Origin: Candidatus Latescibacterota bacterium
GTDB taxonomy: Bacteria; Latescibacterota; UBA2968; UBA8231
NCBI GenBank assembly: GCA_965203355.1
Contig: OZ241889.1
Coordinates: forward strand, 1,792,001 to 1,856,000
Direction of reading: 5' to 3'
Length of the DNA: 64,000 nt
Shown: positions 14,692 to 24,770 of the stretch, in pieces
Numbering within the stretch: the first letter of the stretch is position 1
Layout of the letters: each line of letters starts with the position of its first letter
The notes under the pieces: generated by a model
Told to the model about the DNA's origin: nothing
Databases searched by the model: none
The model's input: only the letters and a program-made list of their open reading frames with translations
Translations under genes and position numbers: made by a program

Positions 14692-16409
14692 TAGGTGCTT
14701 CCTTTGGGTTGAGCCAGTTTCTGCTTGGGAGCCTCGATCAGCATATCGGTGAGCGCAGCCCCGGCGGGAATCATCGGGAAGACGTTGTCTTCTTTTTCGC
14801 ACTCAGCGTGAATGACGCAGGGGCCTTCGTCGTGGTCGAGCGCTTGCTTGAGCACTTTGTCAATGTCGGCGGTGCGCCGGATGCGGAAGCCCTTGGCCCC
14901 GTAGGCTTCGGCCAGTTTGACGAAGTCCGGGTTGCCTTCCAGATCGACGCCAGAGAGGCGATTGTCAAAGAACAGATTCTGCCACTGGCGGACCATCCCT
15001 AGGTACTTGTTGTCGAGGACTACGATCTTGATCGGCAGCCGATGGACGACGGCGGTGGCTAGTTCGCACAGGGTCATCTGGAAACCGCCGTCGCCGCAGA
15101 TGGCGACCACGGTCTCTTCGGGGCGACCAAACTGAGCGCCGACGGCCGCGGGAAAACCAAAGCCCATGGTGCCAGCACCACCGGAGGAAAGCCACTGGCG
15201 GTGGTGCGCTGTCTTGTAAAACTGGGCCGCCCACATCTGGTGCTGGCCGACGTCCGTGGTCACCACAGCGCGACCCGCGGTCAGCTCGTAGAGGCGGTCG
15301 ATGACGGCCTGCATCTTGAGGCCACCGCGCTTGCCGTATTTGAGCGGGTATTTGTCCTTCCACTCGTCGATTTGGGCCAGCCAAGCGGCCGTGTCTAGCG
15401 GCTCGACATAGTTGACTAGCTCTTCGAGTACTTGGCGCGCATCGCCTTCGATAAAAACGTCGGGTATGACCACTTTGCCGTATTCGGCGGGGTCGATGTC
15501 GATGTGGATCTTTTTTGCGTCTGGGCAGAATTCCGCCAGCTTGCCCGTGATCCGGTCGTCCCAACGCCCGCCCACCGACATGATCAGGTCGCAGCCGACG
15601 ACGGCCTTGTTGGCGTAGGCCGTGCCGTGCATGCCGAGCATTCCCACCGAAAGCGCGTGCTGCTCGGGGAACGCCCCCTTGCCGAGTAGGGTGTTGGTCA
15701 CCGGCATCCGCGTCTTTTCGGCAAAGGCCCTGGCGGCCTCGTGACCGCCCGAGGCGATGCAGCCCCCGCCCAAGTAAAGCAGGGGACGCTTGCTGCGGCG
15801 CAGGAGGGCGGCGGCGGCTTTGAGCAACTCGGGCGCGGGCTTGGTCTGCCAAGTGTAACCAGGCAGGTACACCTTTGCTGGGAAGTCAGTAGTGCATTCG
15901 GGGAAAGGAGCCCCTTGGGTGACGTCCTTGGGCAGATCCACGAGCACCGGCCCTTGGCGACCCGTGGTGGCGATGTGAAAGGCCTCGGTCATCACGCGAG
16001 GGATGTCGTTGGGATCTCGGACCAGATAGGAGTGCTTGACGACGGGCATGGAGATGCCGAATACATCGGCCTCCTGAAAGGCGTCTTTGCCGAGCATAGG
16101 GGTGACGGTTTGGCCGGTGAGGGCGATGATGGGCGAGGAGTCCATCAGCGCGGTTAGCAGGCCGGTGATGGTGTTGGTGGCACCTGGGCCAGAGGTTACG
16201 AGGGCCACGCCGGGCTTGCCGGTTGCCCGGGCGTAGCCGTCGGCCATGTGGGTCGCGCCTTGCTCGTGCCGAGTGAGGACGAAGCGGATTTGCTTGGAGT
16301 TGAGCAGCGCGTCGAAAATGGGCATGGCAGCGCCGCCCGGATGGCCAAAGACGTACTCGACGCCGAAGCGGTCGAGTGCTTCGATAACTTTGTCGGCTCC
16401 TCTCGCCAT
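14691..16409 (-). CDS. ilvB: Acetolactate synthase large subunit
   Basis: [33 protein letters not shown] ThDP motif, LGMVRQWQ. Confidence 0.96.
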   Translation of the reverse strand: MARGADKVIEALDRFGVEYVFGHPGGAAMPIFDALLNSKQIRFVLTRHEQGATHMADGYARATGKPGVALVTSGPGATNTITGLLTALMDSSPIIALTGQTVTPMLGKDAFQEADVFGISMPVVKHSYLVRDPNDIPRVMTEAFHIATTGRQGPVLVDLPKDVTQGAPFPECTTDFPAKVYLPGYTWQTKPAPELLKAAAALLRRSKRPLLYLGGGCIASGGHEAARAFAEKTRMPVTNTLLGKGAFPEQHALSVGMLGMHGTAYANKAVVGCDLIMSVGGRWDDRITGKLAEFCPDAKKIHIDIDPAEYGKVVIPDVFIEGDARQVLEELVNYVEPLDTAAWLAQIDEWKDKYPLKYGKRGGLKMQAVIDRLYELTAGRAVVTTDVGQHQMWAAQFYKTAHHRQWLSSGGAGTMGFGFPAAVGAQFGRPEETVVAICGDGGFQMTLCELATAVVHRLPIKIVVLDNKYLGMVRQWQNLFFDNRLSGVDLEGNPDFVKLAEAYGAKGFRIRRTADIDKVLKQALDHDEGPCVIHAECEKEDNVFPMIPAGAALTDMLIEAPKQKLAQPKGST

Positions 16410-16466
16410 GTCGATTTCTCCATCAGAAAAATGGTTTGAGAGTTATTATGTAATTAATTTGAGCAA

Positions 16467-16495
16467 AGTATAGGGATAAATGGCGTTAATGACAA
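16467..16495 (-). promoter_or_regulatory. Putative sigma70 promoter for ilvBN
   Basis: Minus strand TTGTCA-N17-TATACT in AT-rich intergenic region. Confidence 0.65.
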
Positions 16496-16557
16496 GAAGG
16501 AAAGAAAAATTTGGACGACTTGTAACGAAAGAGGAGCGAATTAGAGGCTATGGCAGA

Positions 16558-17631
16558 TCAAGAGCGGCTCCACACGTCTTTGAAGAGCCGAATCCAGTTG
16601 CCGGCGAAAATGCCAGCGATGTTGGCGGGCGAGTAGCCCCGGCGCGCGAGAATGGGCTGGAGTTTTTGCAAATCGGCGATCGTGTTGAGGTCGCGCGGGG
16701 CTTGTTCGGTGCCGAAGCCGCCGTCGAGATCGGTGCCAATGCCGCAATGGCGCGAAGTGCCCAAAAGCTGACAGATGTGGTCGATGTGGTCGGCGACGGT
16801 TTCCAAGGTGGCGTTGGTAAGCTGTTCAAAAGCGGGGACTTTGCGCTGCCAGCCCGGATCGAGCATCCACGCATCAAAGGCCGTGCCGATGACTCCGTCG
16901 CGCTCGGCGATGGAGCGGATCATTTCGTCGGTGAGCTGGCGCTGGCCGGGGACGAGGGCGCGGCAGTTGTGGTGCGAGGCGCAGACCGGGCCGTCGTACC
17001 CGGCCAAAAGTTCCCAGTGGGCTTGGTCGGTTAAGTGGGTCAAGTCGATGATGATGCCGGCCGCTTTGAGTGCGTCGAGCAGAGGTTTGGCTGGTGGCAA
17101 CAGCCCCCCTTCGGTGCCGGTGCCGTGCGAATAGGTGCTGGTGCCGTAATGCGATATCGACACTAGGCGCAAGCCAAGTTCGCGCCATTCGGGCACTTGG
17201 TCCGGGCCTAAAATGGGATCGGCGCTCTCCATGGCGAGGATTAGGCCGAAGGGAGTGGTTGGGTCGGGATTTTGCCAAGCGGCGATGGTTTCATCTAGAT
17301 CCGCGATGCTTTTGACGAACCGGAGCAAACCCGCCCGTTCGAGTGCTTGATAGTACGCCAAATGCCCGCGGCCAACGCCGTGGCATTGGGCTTGGCAGTA
17401 CATGCCAGTGCGGGTCCAGCGGTCGCCTAGGTCTAAGCGCGACATCACCGTGCCGCAGAAGAGGCCGACCTTGCCACGGCGCAGTTCGGGGAAGGTCGCC
17501 GTGCAGGAGCCAAAGCCTTCCATAGTCGCCACCGAGTCGTGGACGCGCACGGTAGCCGCCTTTTGCGTCAGGTCGCGGTTGATTTGCAGAGCGGAAAAAG
17601 CTAGATCGAGGTGGCTGTCGAGAATGAGCAT
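16558..17631 (-). CDS. Membrane dipeptidase family (M19 amidohydrolase) protein
   Basis: DSHLD metal motif, MESAD, DLTH, ASHHNCRAL, GTDLDGG. Confidence 0.88.
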   Translation of the reverse strand: MLILDSHLDLAFSALQINRDLTQKAATVRVHDSVATMEGFGSCTATFPELRRGKVGLFCGTVMSRLDLGDRWTRTGMYCQAQCHGVGRGHLAYYQALERAGLLRFVKSIADLDETIAAWQNPDPTTPFGLILAMESADPILGPDQVPEWRELGLRLVSISHYGTSTYSHGTGTEGGLLPPAKPLLDALKAAGIIIDLTHLTDQAHWELLAGYDGPVCASHHNCRALVPGQRQLTDEMIRSIAERDGVIGTAFDAWMLDPGWQRKVPAFEQLTNATLETVADHIDHICQLLGTSRHCGIGTDLDGGFGTEQAPRDLNTIADLQKLQPILARRGYSPANIAGIFAGNWIRLFKDVWSRS

Positions 17632-17635
17632 GGTG

Positions 17636-18769
17636 TTAGCTCCAGGCTTGGCGGAAGAAGCGTGCGAGGTTGCCGTGGGCGATGGCCGCAATGTCGTGGG
17701 TCGAGTAGCCTCGCCGGTCGAGGATGTCGAGGAAGCGCTGTAGGTCGGCAATGGTGTCGTAGTCAATGGGGGCCATTTCGCGCCCGAAGCCGCCGTCGAG
17801 GTCGGAGCCGATGGCGACGTGCTCGCAGGTGCCGACGAGCTGGCAGATGTGGTCGATGTGATCGACGACGGCCGACATGGAGCGGCGGGCTGTTTGCGGA
17901 TAGGTCGCTGGGTCGTCGAAGTTGATCGAGGGATTGAGCATGAACTCGGCGAAGACCACGCCGATGACGCCGCCGCGCTCGGCGATGGCTTGGATCATCT
18001 CGTCGCTGAGGTGGCGCTGGCCGGGGACGAGGGCGCGGCAGTTGCAGTGGCTGGCGTGGACGGGACCTTGCCAGTAGTTCAAAAGCTGCCAGAAGACCAA
18101 GTCCGAAGCGTGGGTCAGGTCCAGGGCGATGTTTGTTGCGGCGAGTGCGTCGAGCAGGGGATAAGCATCGGCGTATAGCCCGCCGTGCGTGCCGGTGCCA
18201 TGCCCCCAAGTATTGGCGCCAAAATGCGTCAGCCCCACCGAGCGCAGACCCTGTTCCCACCACCAGCTTACTTGCTCGGGATCCAAGATGGGGTCGGCAC
18301 TTTCCATGCTCAAAATCAGGCCGATCGGCGTTGTTGAGTCGGGGTTTTGCCAAGCGGCGATAGCCGCGTCGAGTTCCGTTGCGTCGCGGATGAAGCGCAG
18401 CTGGCCCTCGTGCGCTAGTGCTTTGTAATAGTGAAGATGCGACTGGCCGATGGCGTGGGCTGCTTCTTGGGTTCTCATGCCGTCGTCGAGGGGGCCGGTG
18501 GGTATCTGCACTCGGCTCATGATGGTCGAGAGCGCGATTCCAACGCAGCCTTGGCGCATCTGCGGCAGCGATACGGTGGCGGTGCCGTGCGAGGTGCTTT
18601 CGGGGCGCTTTCTGTCGCGCAGCGAGTCAGGGTGCGAAGGGCCTGGCGGTTTGGGGTCTTCGCGCTCGCGCAAGACGCGGATGTCTTGGGTGAGGTCGCG
18701 GCGGTGGTGCAGGGCGTTGAAGGCCAAGTCGAGGTGGCCATCTATAATGAGTATGGATTGCTCGGGCAT
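17636..18769 (-). CDS. Membrane dipeptidase family (M19 amidohydrolase) protein, paralogue
   Basis: DGHLD, MESAD, DLTH, ASHCNCRAL, GSDLDGG. Confidence 0.88.
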   Translation of the reverse strand: MPEQSILIIDGHLDLAFNALHHRRDLTQDIRVLREREDPKPPGPSHPDSLRDRKRPESTSHGTATVSLPQMRQGCVGIALSTIMSRVQIPTGPLDDGMRTQEAAHAIGQSHLHYYKALAHEGQLRFIRDATELDAAIAAWQNPDSTTPIGLILSMESADPILDPEQVSWWWEQGLRSVGLTHFGANTWGHGTGTHGGLYADAYPLLDALAATNIALDLTHASDLVFWQLLNYWQGPVHASHCNCRALVPGQRHLSDEMIQAIAERGGVIGVVFAEFMLNPSINFDDPATYPQTARRSMSAVVDHIDHICQLVGTCEHVAIGSDLDGGFGREMAPIDYDTIADLQRFLDILDRRGYSTHDIAAIAHGNLARFFRQAWS

Positions 18770-18786
18770 GATGGGAAACCTTTGGG

Positions 18787-19899
18787 TTAATGTACTAGGT
18801 ACTTTTCCACGATCGCTTCGTCGATCGTCACGCCCAACCCGGGGCCCTCCGGCACGTGAACGCACCCATCGACAACGGCGAACTTTTCGTGCGTTAGGTC
18901 GTGGCGCAAGGGCGATTCGGCCATGCAGTATTCAAAGATCTCGCCGTGGGGGACTGCCGCCAGTCCGTGCAGGGCGGCGGCGATGGTGATGCCGCTTTTG
19001 AACGAGTGGTTGACGACCTTGCGGTGCAGGCGGTGAGCGAGGCGGCCGACTTCGACCATGGTCGAAAGCCCGCAGCGGCCCGGATCCGGCTGCACCCAGT
19101 CGATGCGGCCCTTGACGAGCAGTCGTTCAAAATCTCGATAGCGCGATTCGGCCTCGCCCGTGGCGATGGGCACTGGACTGCGCTCGCAGAGCTGAGCATA
19201 GCCCGCGACATCTTCGGGGTGCAGAGGTTCTTCGAGCCAGAATATGCCATACTCGGCGAACTGCTCGGCGCGCTTGAGGCCGGTTTTCCAGTCCCATACC
19301 TGCCCGGCGTCCACCAAGATGTCCACATCCGGCCCGGCCCCTTTCCGCGCTGCACGCACTAAGGCGATGTCATTGGCCTCGCTCTGCCCCATCGGCCCCC
19401 AGCCAAACTTGATGGCCGTGAACCCTTGGTCGGCAAAGCGGCGTGCCTGTTCGCCCGTCTCTTGCGGCGTGGCGCCGAAGAGGATGGAGCAATAGGCGCG
19501 GAACTTGGTTTGATAGGGACCCCCGAGCAACTTGTAGGCCGGGCAGCCGTGCGCTTTGCCGGCAATGTCCCACAGCGCGAGGTTGACGCCAGCCATAGCG
19601 TGCGTACCCACGCCGACGCGGCCGTAGTAGTTGGCTGCCTCGATCATGCGATCGCCGCATACGTCGATGGCCAGTGGGTCTAGGCCCTCCAGCGCGTTGG
19701 CCAGGCCGTTGCTAATCTGGTGAGAAAGCGGGGCCTCAACGACGGCCTTGGCCACGGTGGGGGCCGAATCAACCTCGCCCCAGCCGGTGATGCCGGCGTC
19801 GGTTTCTACTTGGATCAGACAGGTGTCCTGCGTGCCGTCGCAGCGGGCGGTGACATCAGGCAGGCGCAGGTAATGGGCGGATACGCGCGTGATTTTCAC
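18787..19899 (-). CDS. Mandelate racemase/muconate lactonizing enzyme family (enolase superfamily)
   Basis: ETDAGITGWGE, ALWDIAGK, LVDAG, WLEEP, ATGE, QPD, GPGLGV. Confidence 0.9.
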   Translation of the reverse strand: MKITRVSAHYLRLPDVTARCDGTQDTCLIQVETDAGITGWGEVDSAPTVAKAVVEAPLSHQISNGLANALEGLDPLAIDVCGDRMIEAANYYGRVGVGTHAMAGVNLALWDIAGKAHGCPAYKLLGGPYQTKFRAYCSILFGATPQETGEQARRFADQGFTAIKFGWGPMGQSEANDIALVRAARKGAGPDVDILVDAGQVWDWKTGLKRAEQFAEYGIFWLEEPLHPEDVAGYAQLCERSPVPIATGEAESRYRDFERLLVKGRIDWVQPDPGRCGLSTMVEVGRLAHRLHRKVVNHSFKSGITIAAALHGLAAVPHGEIFEYCMAESPLRHDLTHEKFAVVDGCVHVPEGPGLGVTIDEAIVEKYLVH

Positions 19900-19900
19900 C

Positions 19901-21529
19901 TTAAAAGTCGAATACGGTTTCGAGGGTCATGACTTTGTGGCGCTGCAAGCGCCTACTGGCCGTGCGCTCAAAGAGGAAGCGAGTATCCCAGCGCACCGAG
20001 GTGCCTTCTTTCATGTTCAGTTCGATGTCAAAGCCGTAGAAGGTGTCCTTGGTCGGCTCGAAGAAATCATCTCGACCGGTGCCGTCTTCGTTGGGGTTCC
20101 GGCCGATGTTGTTCTTGTGAAAGTAAGCGTACGCACGCTTGAGACGAGGGACATACTTGAGCAGTTTGCGCGACAGGGATGCGCTGGCGATGAGCTGCTG
20201 TTTTGGGATGTCGGTGCCGGTCAGGTACTGATAGGAAACCGAGGCGTACGCGTATGAGCCGAGTTCCGTGCCCAAGTGCCCGAAGAAGCCGGAGAGCTCG
20301 TTGCTATGGCCGAGCTGCGCGTCCTTGGATTGGGCCTGTCCGGTGGCGAGGTCGAGATATGCGCGATCGAGTTCGTACAGCTCGTCGAAGTAGCGCGAGT
20401 CGAAATCGCGGCGGAAGTGGCGGAAGTCCAGTTGGCCCTTGAGCGGACCTAAAGACAGCCACAGGCCTGGGGCGGCGAGTCCGAACCCGGTCGCTTGGCG
20501 GTTGCCCGGGGAGACGCCCTGCTGTCGCGCCTCAAAGCTGGAGAGGGCGTCGTCATCGTCGATCAGCAGGGCGAATTGGCCGTAGAGTTTGAGTGCTAAG
20601 CCTAGGTTGCGGATGAGCGGGTAGGCTAGGTCTAAGCCCAAGATAGAAAAGAAGTCTTGGTCAACGTGGTTTTTGTTGAAGGGTTTCTGGCGGTCCACGT
20701 CTTGGTCCACTGGAAAGGCGTTGCCGTAATTGGCGTTGAGCCCCAACAAGGTGGAGGCGATGTCGGCGGAGAGGCCGCTGCCGGCGTCGGCGTCGATGAT
20801 GCCGTCGTTGTCATCGTCGCTGTCGATGTGGTCGGGTACGCCGTCGGCGTCGTTGTCGAGGGCGAATTGGCCGTCTTCCGGGAAGGCGTCGATGGGGTCG
20901 GGTACGCCGTCGGAATCGCTGTCGCGCAGGCCGCTATACTGGTCGAGATCGGCCACAAAGGTTACGCCCACTTCGAGGGCGGCGGCGTAGCCAAAGGTCC
21001 GCAGCCCGATGAGGGCACCGCCTTCTTGGAAGTCTTGGAGGTTGTTGATTACTCCTTCGAGTCCGATATTAGTGCCGGCTAAATTGGCGATGCGAAACTG
21101 GAGTCCGGTTTTCTTGATGCCGGGATAGTGCAGGGTGTTGCGGTAGTTGTCCATGATGAGGCCGTACCCCAACGTCACATCGCTGAGTGCGCCCATTTTG
21201 ACGTACACCGCGTCATTGGGACGGCCATAGCGCACGTAGTAAATTTTGCGCAGAATCGAGTCGAAGGTCTGGGTTGACGAACCGGCCTTCCAGCCGCGCG
21301 ACCCGAGGTCGCCGTTGCGCTCGACAAACAGCTCTAAGTCGAGGCCAATGCCCAAGCGGCCTAGGGGGAAGTCGGGCCGGAGACTGAGGCGATATAGCTG
21401 CTCTTGGTCGACAGTTACGCTGCCCATGCTGAGCGAGTAGCCGAACATGGCCACCGAGGGCTGAGCCGAAGAGACGACCGGATAGAGCGAGAGCAGCAAG
21501 ACAAAGGCGCAGTTGCCGCGAAAATTCAT
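19901..21529 (-). CDS. Exported, probably outer-membrane protein with thrombospondin type-3-like Ca-binding repeats
   Basis: Signal peptide from MNFRGNC; DSDSDGVPDPIDAFPED / DNDADGVPDHIDSDDDNDG; C-terminal ETVFDF. Confidence 0.65.
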   Translation of the reverse strand: MNFRGNCAFVLLLSLYPVVSSAQPSVAMFGYSLSMGSVTVDQEQLYRLSLRPDFPLGRLGIGLDLELFVERNGDLGSRGWKAGSSTQTFDSILRKIYYVRYGRPNDAVYVKMGALSDVTLGYGLIMDNYRNTLHYPGIKKTGLQFRIANLAGTNIGLEGVINNLQDFQEGGALIGLRTFGYAAALEVGVTFVADLDQYSGLRDSDSDGVPDPIDAFPEDGQFALDNDADGVPDHIDSDDDNDGIIDADAGSGLSADIASTLLGLNANYGNAFPVDQDVDRQKPFNKNHVDQDFFSILGLDLAYPLIRNLGLALKLYGQFALLIDDDDALSSFEARQQGVSPGNRQATGFGLAAPGLWLSLGPLKGQLDFRHFRRDFDSRYFDELYELDRAYLDLATGQAQSKDAQLGHSNELSGFFGHLGTELGSYAYASVSYQYLTGTDIPKQQLIASASLSRKLLKYVPRLKRAYAYFHKNNIGRNPNEDGTGRDDFFEPTKDTFYGFDIELNMKEGTSVRWDTRFLFERTASRRLQRHKVMTLETVFDF

Positions 21530-21616
21530 ACAAGGGAAGATGCGGTCGCCGGGCCGCTGGTGCAATGGCTGCGGCCGCAAACGACAACGACACAACTCAC
21601 CAGAAAGAGGTTTGCG

Positions 21617-23455
21617 ATGGGACAAACGCTAAAGGAACTGCTCGATCATAGCTTCGCAACCCATGCCGAACAGACGGCCATTCGAGAGCTCAAGCCCGTA
21701 GAAGGTAGCCGCACCTTGAGCTATCAGCCCGCGACCTATGCCGAGCTCAAAAATCGCCGCGACCGGCTGGCGGCGGGTCTTGCGGCCGAGGGCTTGGCCA
21801 AAGGTCAGCGCGTGGGCATTCTCACCGATGGCGGCAGCGAACCGCTCTTGATCTTTCTGGCGACCGACTGCATTGGGGTCAGTGCGGTGCCGCTGTGCAT
21901 CCAGTCGCCCGACGAGGTGCTCGCCCACAGCATCGCGCACTCTGCGGTCGAACTGCTGGTCGTGGACCGCAAGGGCTACGAGCGGTTTGGTGCCGTCCGC
22001 GATCGGCTGGACAAGACGCCGCGGATTGCGTTGACCGAGGGCCAAGCTGAAGACGCGATCCCTTGGCAAGGGCTAGCGGAGAGCCGCGCGGCCGTGCCCG
22101 AGGTTGAGGTGCTGCCAGAAGATGAATCGAAAATTCTCTATACCTCGGGTTCATCTGGCTTGCCCAAGGGCGTGATCCAGACCCACGCCAATATCGTCGC
22201 CAACGTCGAAGAAGTTTGGGACGTAATTAGCAAGCGCCAGCCGCTGCGCCTGTTCAAGTCGGCGCCCGACTATCACTCCATGGGCATTCTCAACATCTAC
22301 TATCCCTTGGCCAAAGGGTGGATTTTGGACTTGGCGCGCTCGCCCGACCGCGTCCTCAGCGATATTCGCCTCTCAGAGCCGGAAGGCTTTCTCACTGTGC
22401 CGCTGATACTCGACAAAGTGTACGGCAATGTGCGCAAGGAAATCGATGCTGGCGGCCTCAAGGGGCGCTTGATCCAGCGCTCGGTTGCGGCTAAGGAGCG
22501 GGCGGTGCGCGGCGAGGCCGGGCTGGTCGACACGCTCTTTTGGGCGGCCATAGGCCGTTCAATAGTCGGCAAAATTCGCGCCCAACTCGCCACGCGGGTC
22601 GGGCCTCACCTCGAACTTTTGATCGTCGGCTCAGCCAAGGCCGATCCCAAGGCGTTGGACTTCTTTCACGAAGTGCTCGATATCACCACGTACGAGGGCT
22701 ACGGCACAACCGAGTGTGCGCCGCTGATTGCCGCCAACCATCTCGACGGCCGCAAAAGCGGCACGGTGGGAAGGCCGTTGCAGGCGGTAAAAATCGTGGC
22801 TGAAGATGGGGCGGAAATCGGGTACAGCGATCCAGCACAGGACGAGTGCAGGCCCAGCGGCGAGCAGATCGGGGAGTTGTGGACCAGCGGCCCCAACGTC
22901 ATGCGCGGGTATTTGCACGACCCGGAGCAGACCGAGCAGGTGTTAGTGGAAGAAGGTGGCCAGGTCTGGTATCGGACCGGCGATTTGTTCAGCATGGACG
23001 ACGAAGGTTTCCTCTCGTTCCACGGGCGAGTTGGCCGACAGTTCAAGCTGCGCAACGGCGAGTTCGTCAATCCCGAAGCCTTGGAGCGCATTTTCGCCCG
23101 GGTATCCCTAGTCGAACATGTCGTCGTGTACGGCGACCAACAGCGCGACTATCCGCTGCCGTTGGTGACCGTGGATGTGGAGGAAGCAAAAAAGAGCGGC
23201 CTTGACGGATTGCCGCTGGAGGACGAGGCCGCGCTGCGCACGCATCCGATCTTGGGCGAGCGGATCCGCGCAGGATTTCTCGCCGAGGCCACGGCCGCTG
23301 GCCTGCCGGGCTACCAGCGGCCGCAGCGCGTCGCGCTCTTGCCCGAGCCGCTGAGCGAGGATGCCGGCACCCTGACCAAGGGCCTGAAGAAGATCGTGCC
23401 CAAGGCGATCGTCGAGCGCTATCGCACGCTCGTCGAACAGACCTACGCATCCTAG
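21617..23455 (+). CDS. Long-chain acyl-CoA synthetase / AMP-dependent ligase
   Basis: YTSGSSGLPKG, EGYGTTE, YRTGD, TLTKGLKK; start at MGQTLK with upstream AGAGG. Confidence 0.9.
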   Translation: MGQTLKELLDHSFATHAEQTAIRELKPVEGSRTLSYQPATYAELKNRRDRLAAGLAAEGLAKGQRVGILTDGGSEPLLIFLATDCIGVSAVPLCIQSPDEVLAHSIAHSAVELLVVDRKGYERFGAVRDRLDKTPRIALTEGQAEDAIPWQGLAESRAAVPEVEVLPEDESKILYTSGSSGLPKGVIQTHANIVANVEEVWDVISKRQPLRLFKSAPDYHSMGILNIYYPLAKGWILDLARSPDRVLSDIRLSEPEGFLTVPLILDKVYGNVRKEIDAGGLKGRLIQRSVAAKERAVRGEAGLVDTLFWAAIGRSIVGKIRAQLATRVGPHLELLIVGSAKADPKALDFFHEVLDITTYEGYGTTECAPLIAANHLDGRKSGTVGRPLQAVKIVAEDGAEIGYSDPAQDECRPSGEQIGELWTSGPNVMRGYLHDPEQTEQVLVEEGGQVWYRTGDLFSMDDEGFLSFHGRVGRQFKLRNGEFVNPEALERIFARVSLVEHVVVYGDQQRDYPLPLVTVDVEEAKKSGLDGLPLEDEAALRTHPILGERIRAGFLAEATAAGLPGYQRPQRVALLPEPLSEDAGTLTKGLKKIVPKAIVERYRTLVEQTYAS

Positions 23456-23657
23456 AGGCTGTCGGAAAACGCTGAGGGCTGTCGTTTGTATGTAGGCAGG
23501 CTCCCCCGCTGATTCCCGCGCAAGTGGGAATGCCCACTTGATAGCGATCTCGGCAACAATATGGACCGCTGGATTCCTGCGCATGTCGTGGCACGGGGCG
23601 ACTTCTTATGCGGGAATGCCCCACCCAATGCGCCCTAGGGGTTTCATACAGTTTCTA
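23453..23657. mobile_element. MITE/REP-like non-autonomous element
   Basis: Imperfect terminal inverted repeats TAGAGGCTGTCGGAAAAC / GTTTCATACAGTTTCTA; internal ATTCCC-N8-GGGAAT palindrome (23512-23531) and a second degenerate copy (~23572-23620). Confidence 0.5.
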
Positions 23658-24656
23658 AGACGGTTTCTTTGGTTTTTGCAGGCCATGTACGCGCATGCGG
23701 GAACGCAGGCGCTCTGGCTTCATGCCCAACAAGTATGCTGCGCCTTGCATTCCATAGATCACCCAATTCGTGGTTTCGAGTGCTTCTATAAGCATTTTCT
23801 TTTCGATCTCGGCGATCTGGTCCACCTTCTCGGCGATCTGGTCCACCTTGGCTACAACTCCCTGTTCAAGCATCGTAGGTGCCTTGGCTAAGTCTTCAGT
23901 TGAGATCTGCACATCCTCCAATCGTATGGAATCACTTTGGCATATAATCACCGCCCGCTGAATCAGGTGCTCTAACTCGCGCACATTCCCCGGCCAATTA
24001 TAATCCGGTCTCTGCAAATGCATTAGTACCTCTTTGCTCAGGCGCGGCGCGGGTCGCTGTAGCTCTTGGGCAAACAGGCGCGCAAAGTGTTCTGCCAAGA
24101 CCGGTATATCCTCGCGGCGTTCCCGCAAGGGCGGAATCATTACCGGGAACACGTCCAAGCGGTAGAATAGATCTTTTCGGAATGTCCCCGCTTCAGCTGC
24201 TTGTCGTAGATCTCGGTTGGTCGCGGCAATTATGCGGACATCCACTTTGATAGATGCTTCTCCGCCGACTCGAAGCAGGCGGTGGTCTTCGAGAACGTGG
24301 AGTAGCGTCGTTTGTGCCTCTAAGGGCAAGTCGCCGATTTCATCGAAAAATAGGGTACCCTTATGCGCCTGCTCAAACCGGCCGATCCGCCGCCCTACGG
24401 CACTGGTAAAGGCCCCTTTTTCATGGCCAAACAGTTCGTCTTCGACTAGTCCGGTCGGTATAGCTCCGCAATTGACCATGACAAAGGGGTTTGCTTGACG
24501 CAGGCTAAGGGTGTGGACACGCTGGGCCAACATACCCTTGCCTACTCCAGTCTCGCCTAGTATTAGGACTGTCGTAGAAGTCTGTGCTACTAGTTGGAGT
24601 TGCTCCAAGACTTTGGTCATGGCTGGGCTTTGGCTGATTATATTCTGAGAGATCAT
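23655..24656 (-). CDS. Sigma54-dependent transcriptional activator (bEBP, AAA+ and HTH) lacking an N-terminal sensor domain
   Basis: GETGVGK Walker A, ELFGHEKGAFTSA, FFDEIG Walker B, RIIAATN, WPGNVREL, C-terminal Fis-type HTH; in-frame stop just upstream of ATG. Confidence 0.92.
   Translation of the reverse strand: MISQNIISQSPAMTKVLEQLQLVAQTSTTVLILGETGVGKGMLAQRVHTLSLRQANPFVMVNCGAIPTGLVEDELFGHEKGAFTSAVGRRIGRFEQAHKGTLFFDEIGDLPLEAQTTLLHVLEDHRLLRVGGEASIKVDVRIIAATNRDLRQAAEAGTFRKDLFYRLDVFPVMIPPLRERREDIPVLAEHFARLFAQELQRPAPRLSKEVLMHLQRPDYNWPGNVRELEHLIQRAVIICQSDSIRLEDVQISTEDLAKAPTMLEQGVVAKVDQIAEKVDQIAEIEKKMLIEALETTNWVIYGMQGAAYLLGMKPERLRSRMRVHGLQKPKKPS
23807..23848. repeat. 21-bp perfect tandem duplication inside the activator gene
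   Basis: TCTCGGCGATCTGGTCCACCT x2, giving KVDQIAE-KVDQIAE. Confidence 0.9.
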
Positions 24657-24770
24657 CTTAAAACTCGTTTAGGGCTAGGGCATGACTCGCTTGAGTAGAA
24701 TAGGAATCATAGCGAGATGGATAAATGCTTCGGAATCGTATAAATAGTTCAAAAGAAGTGTTATGTCAAT

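Noticed and set aside
16410-16557. ilv attenuator leader peptide
   Set aside because: No Ile/Leu/Val-rich mini-ORF or terminator/antiterminator pair between the promoter and ilvB
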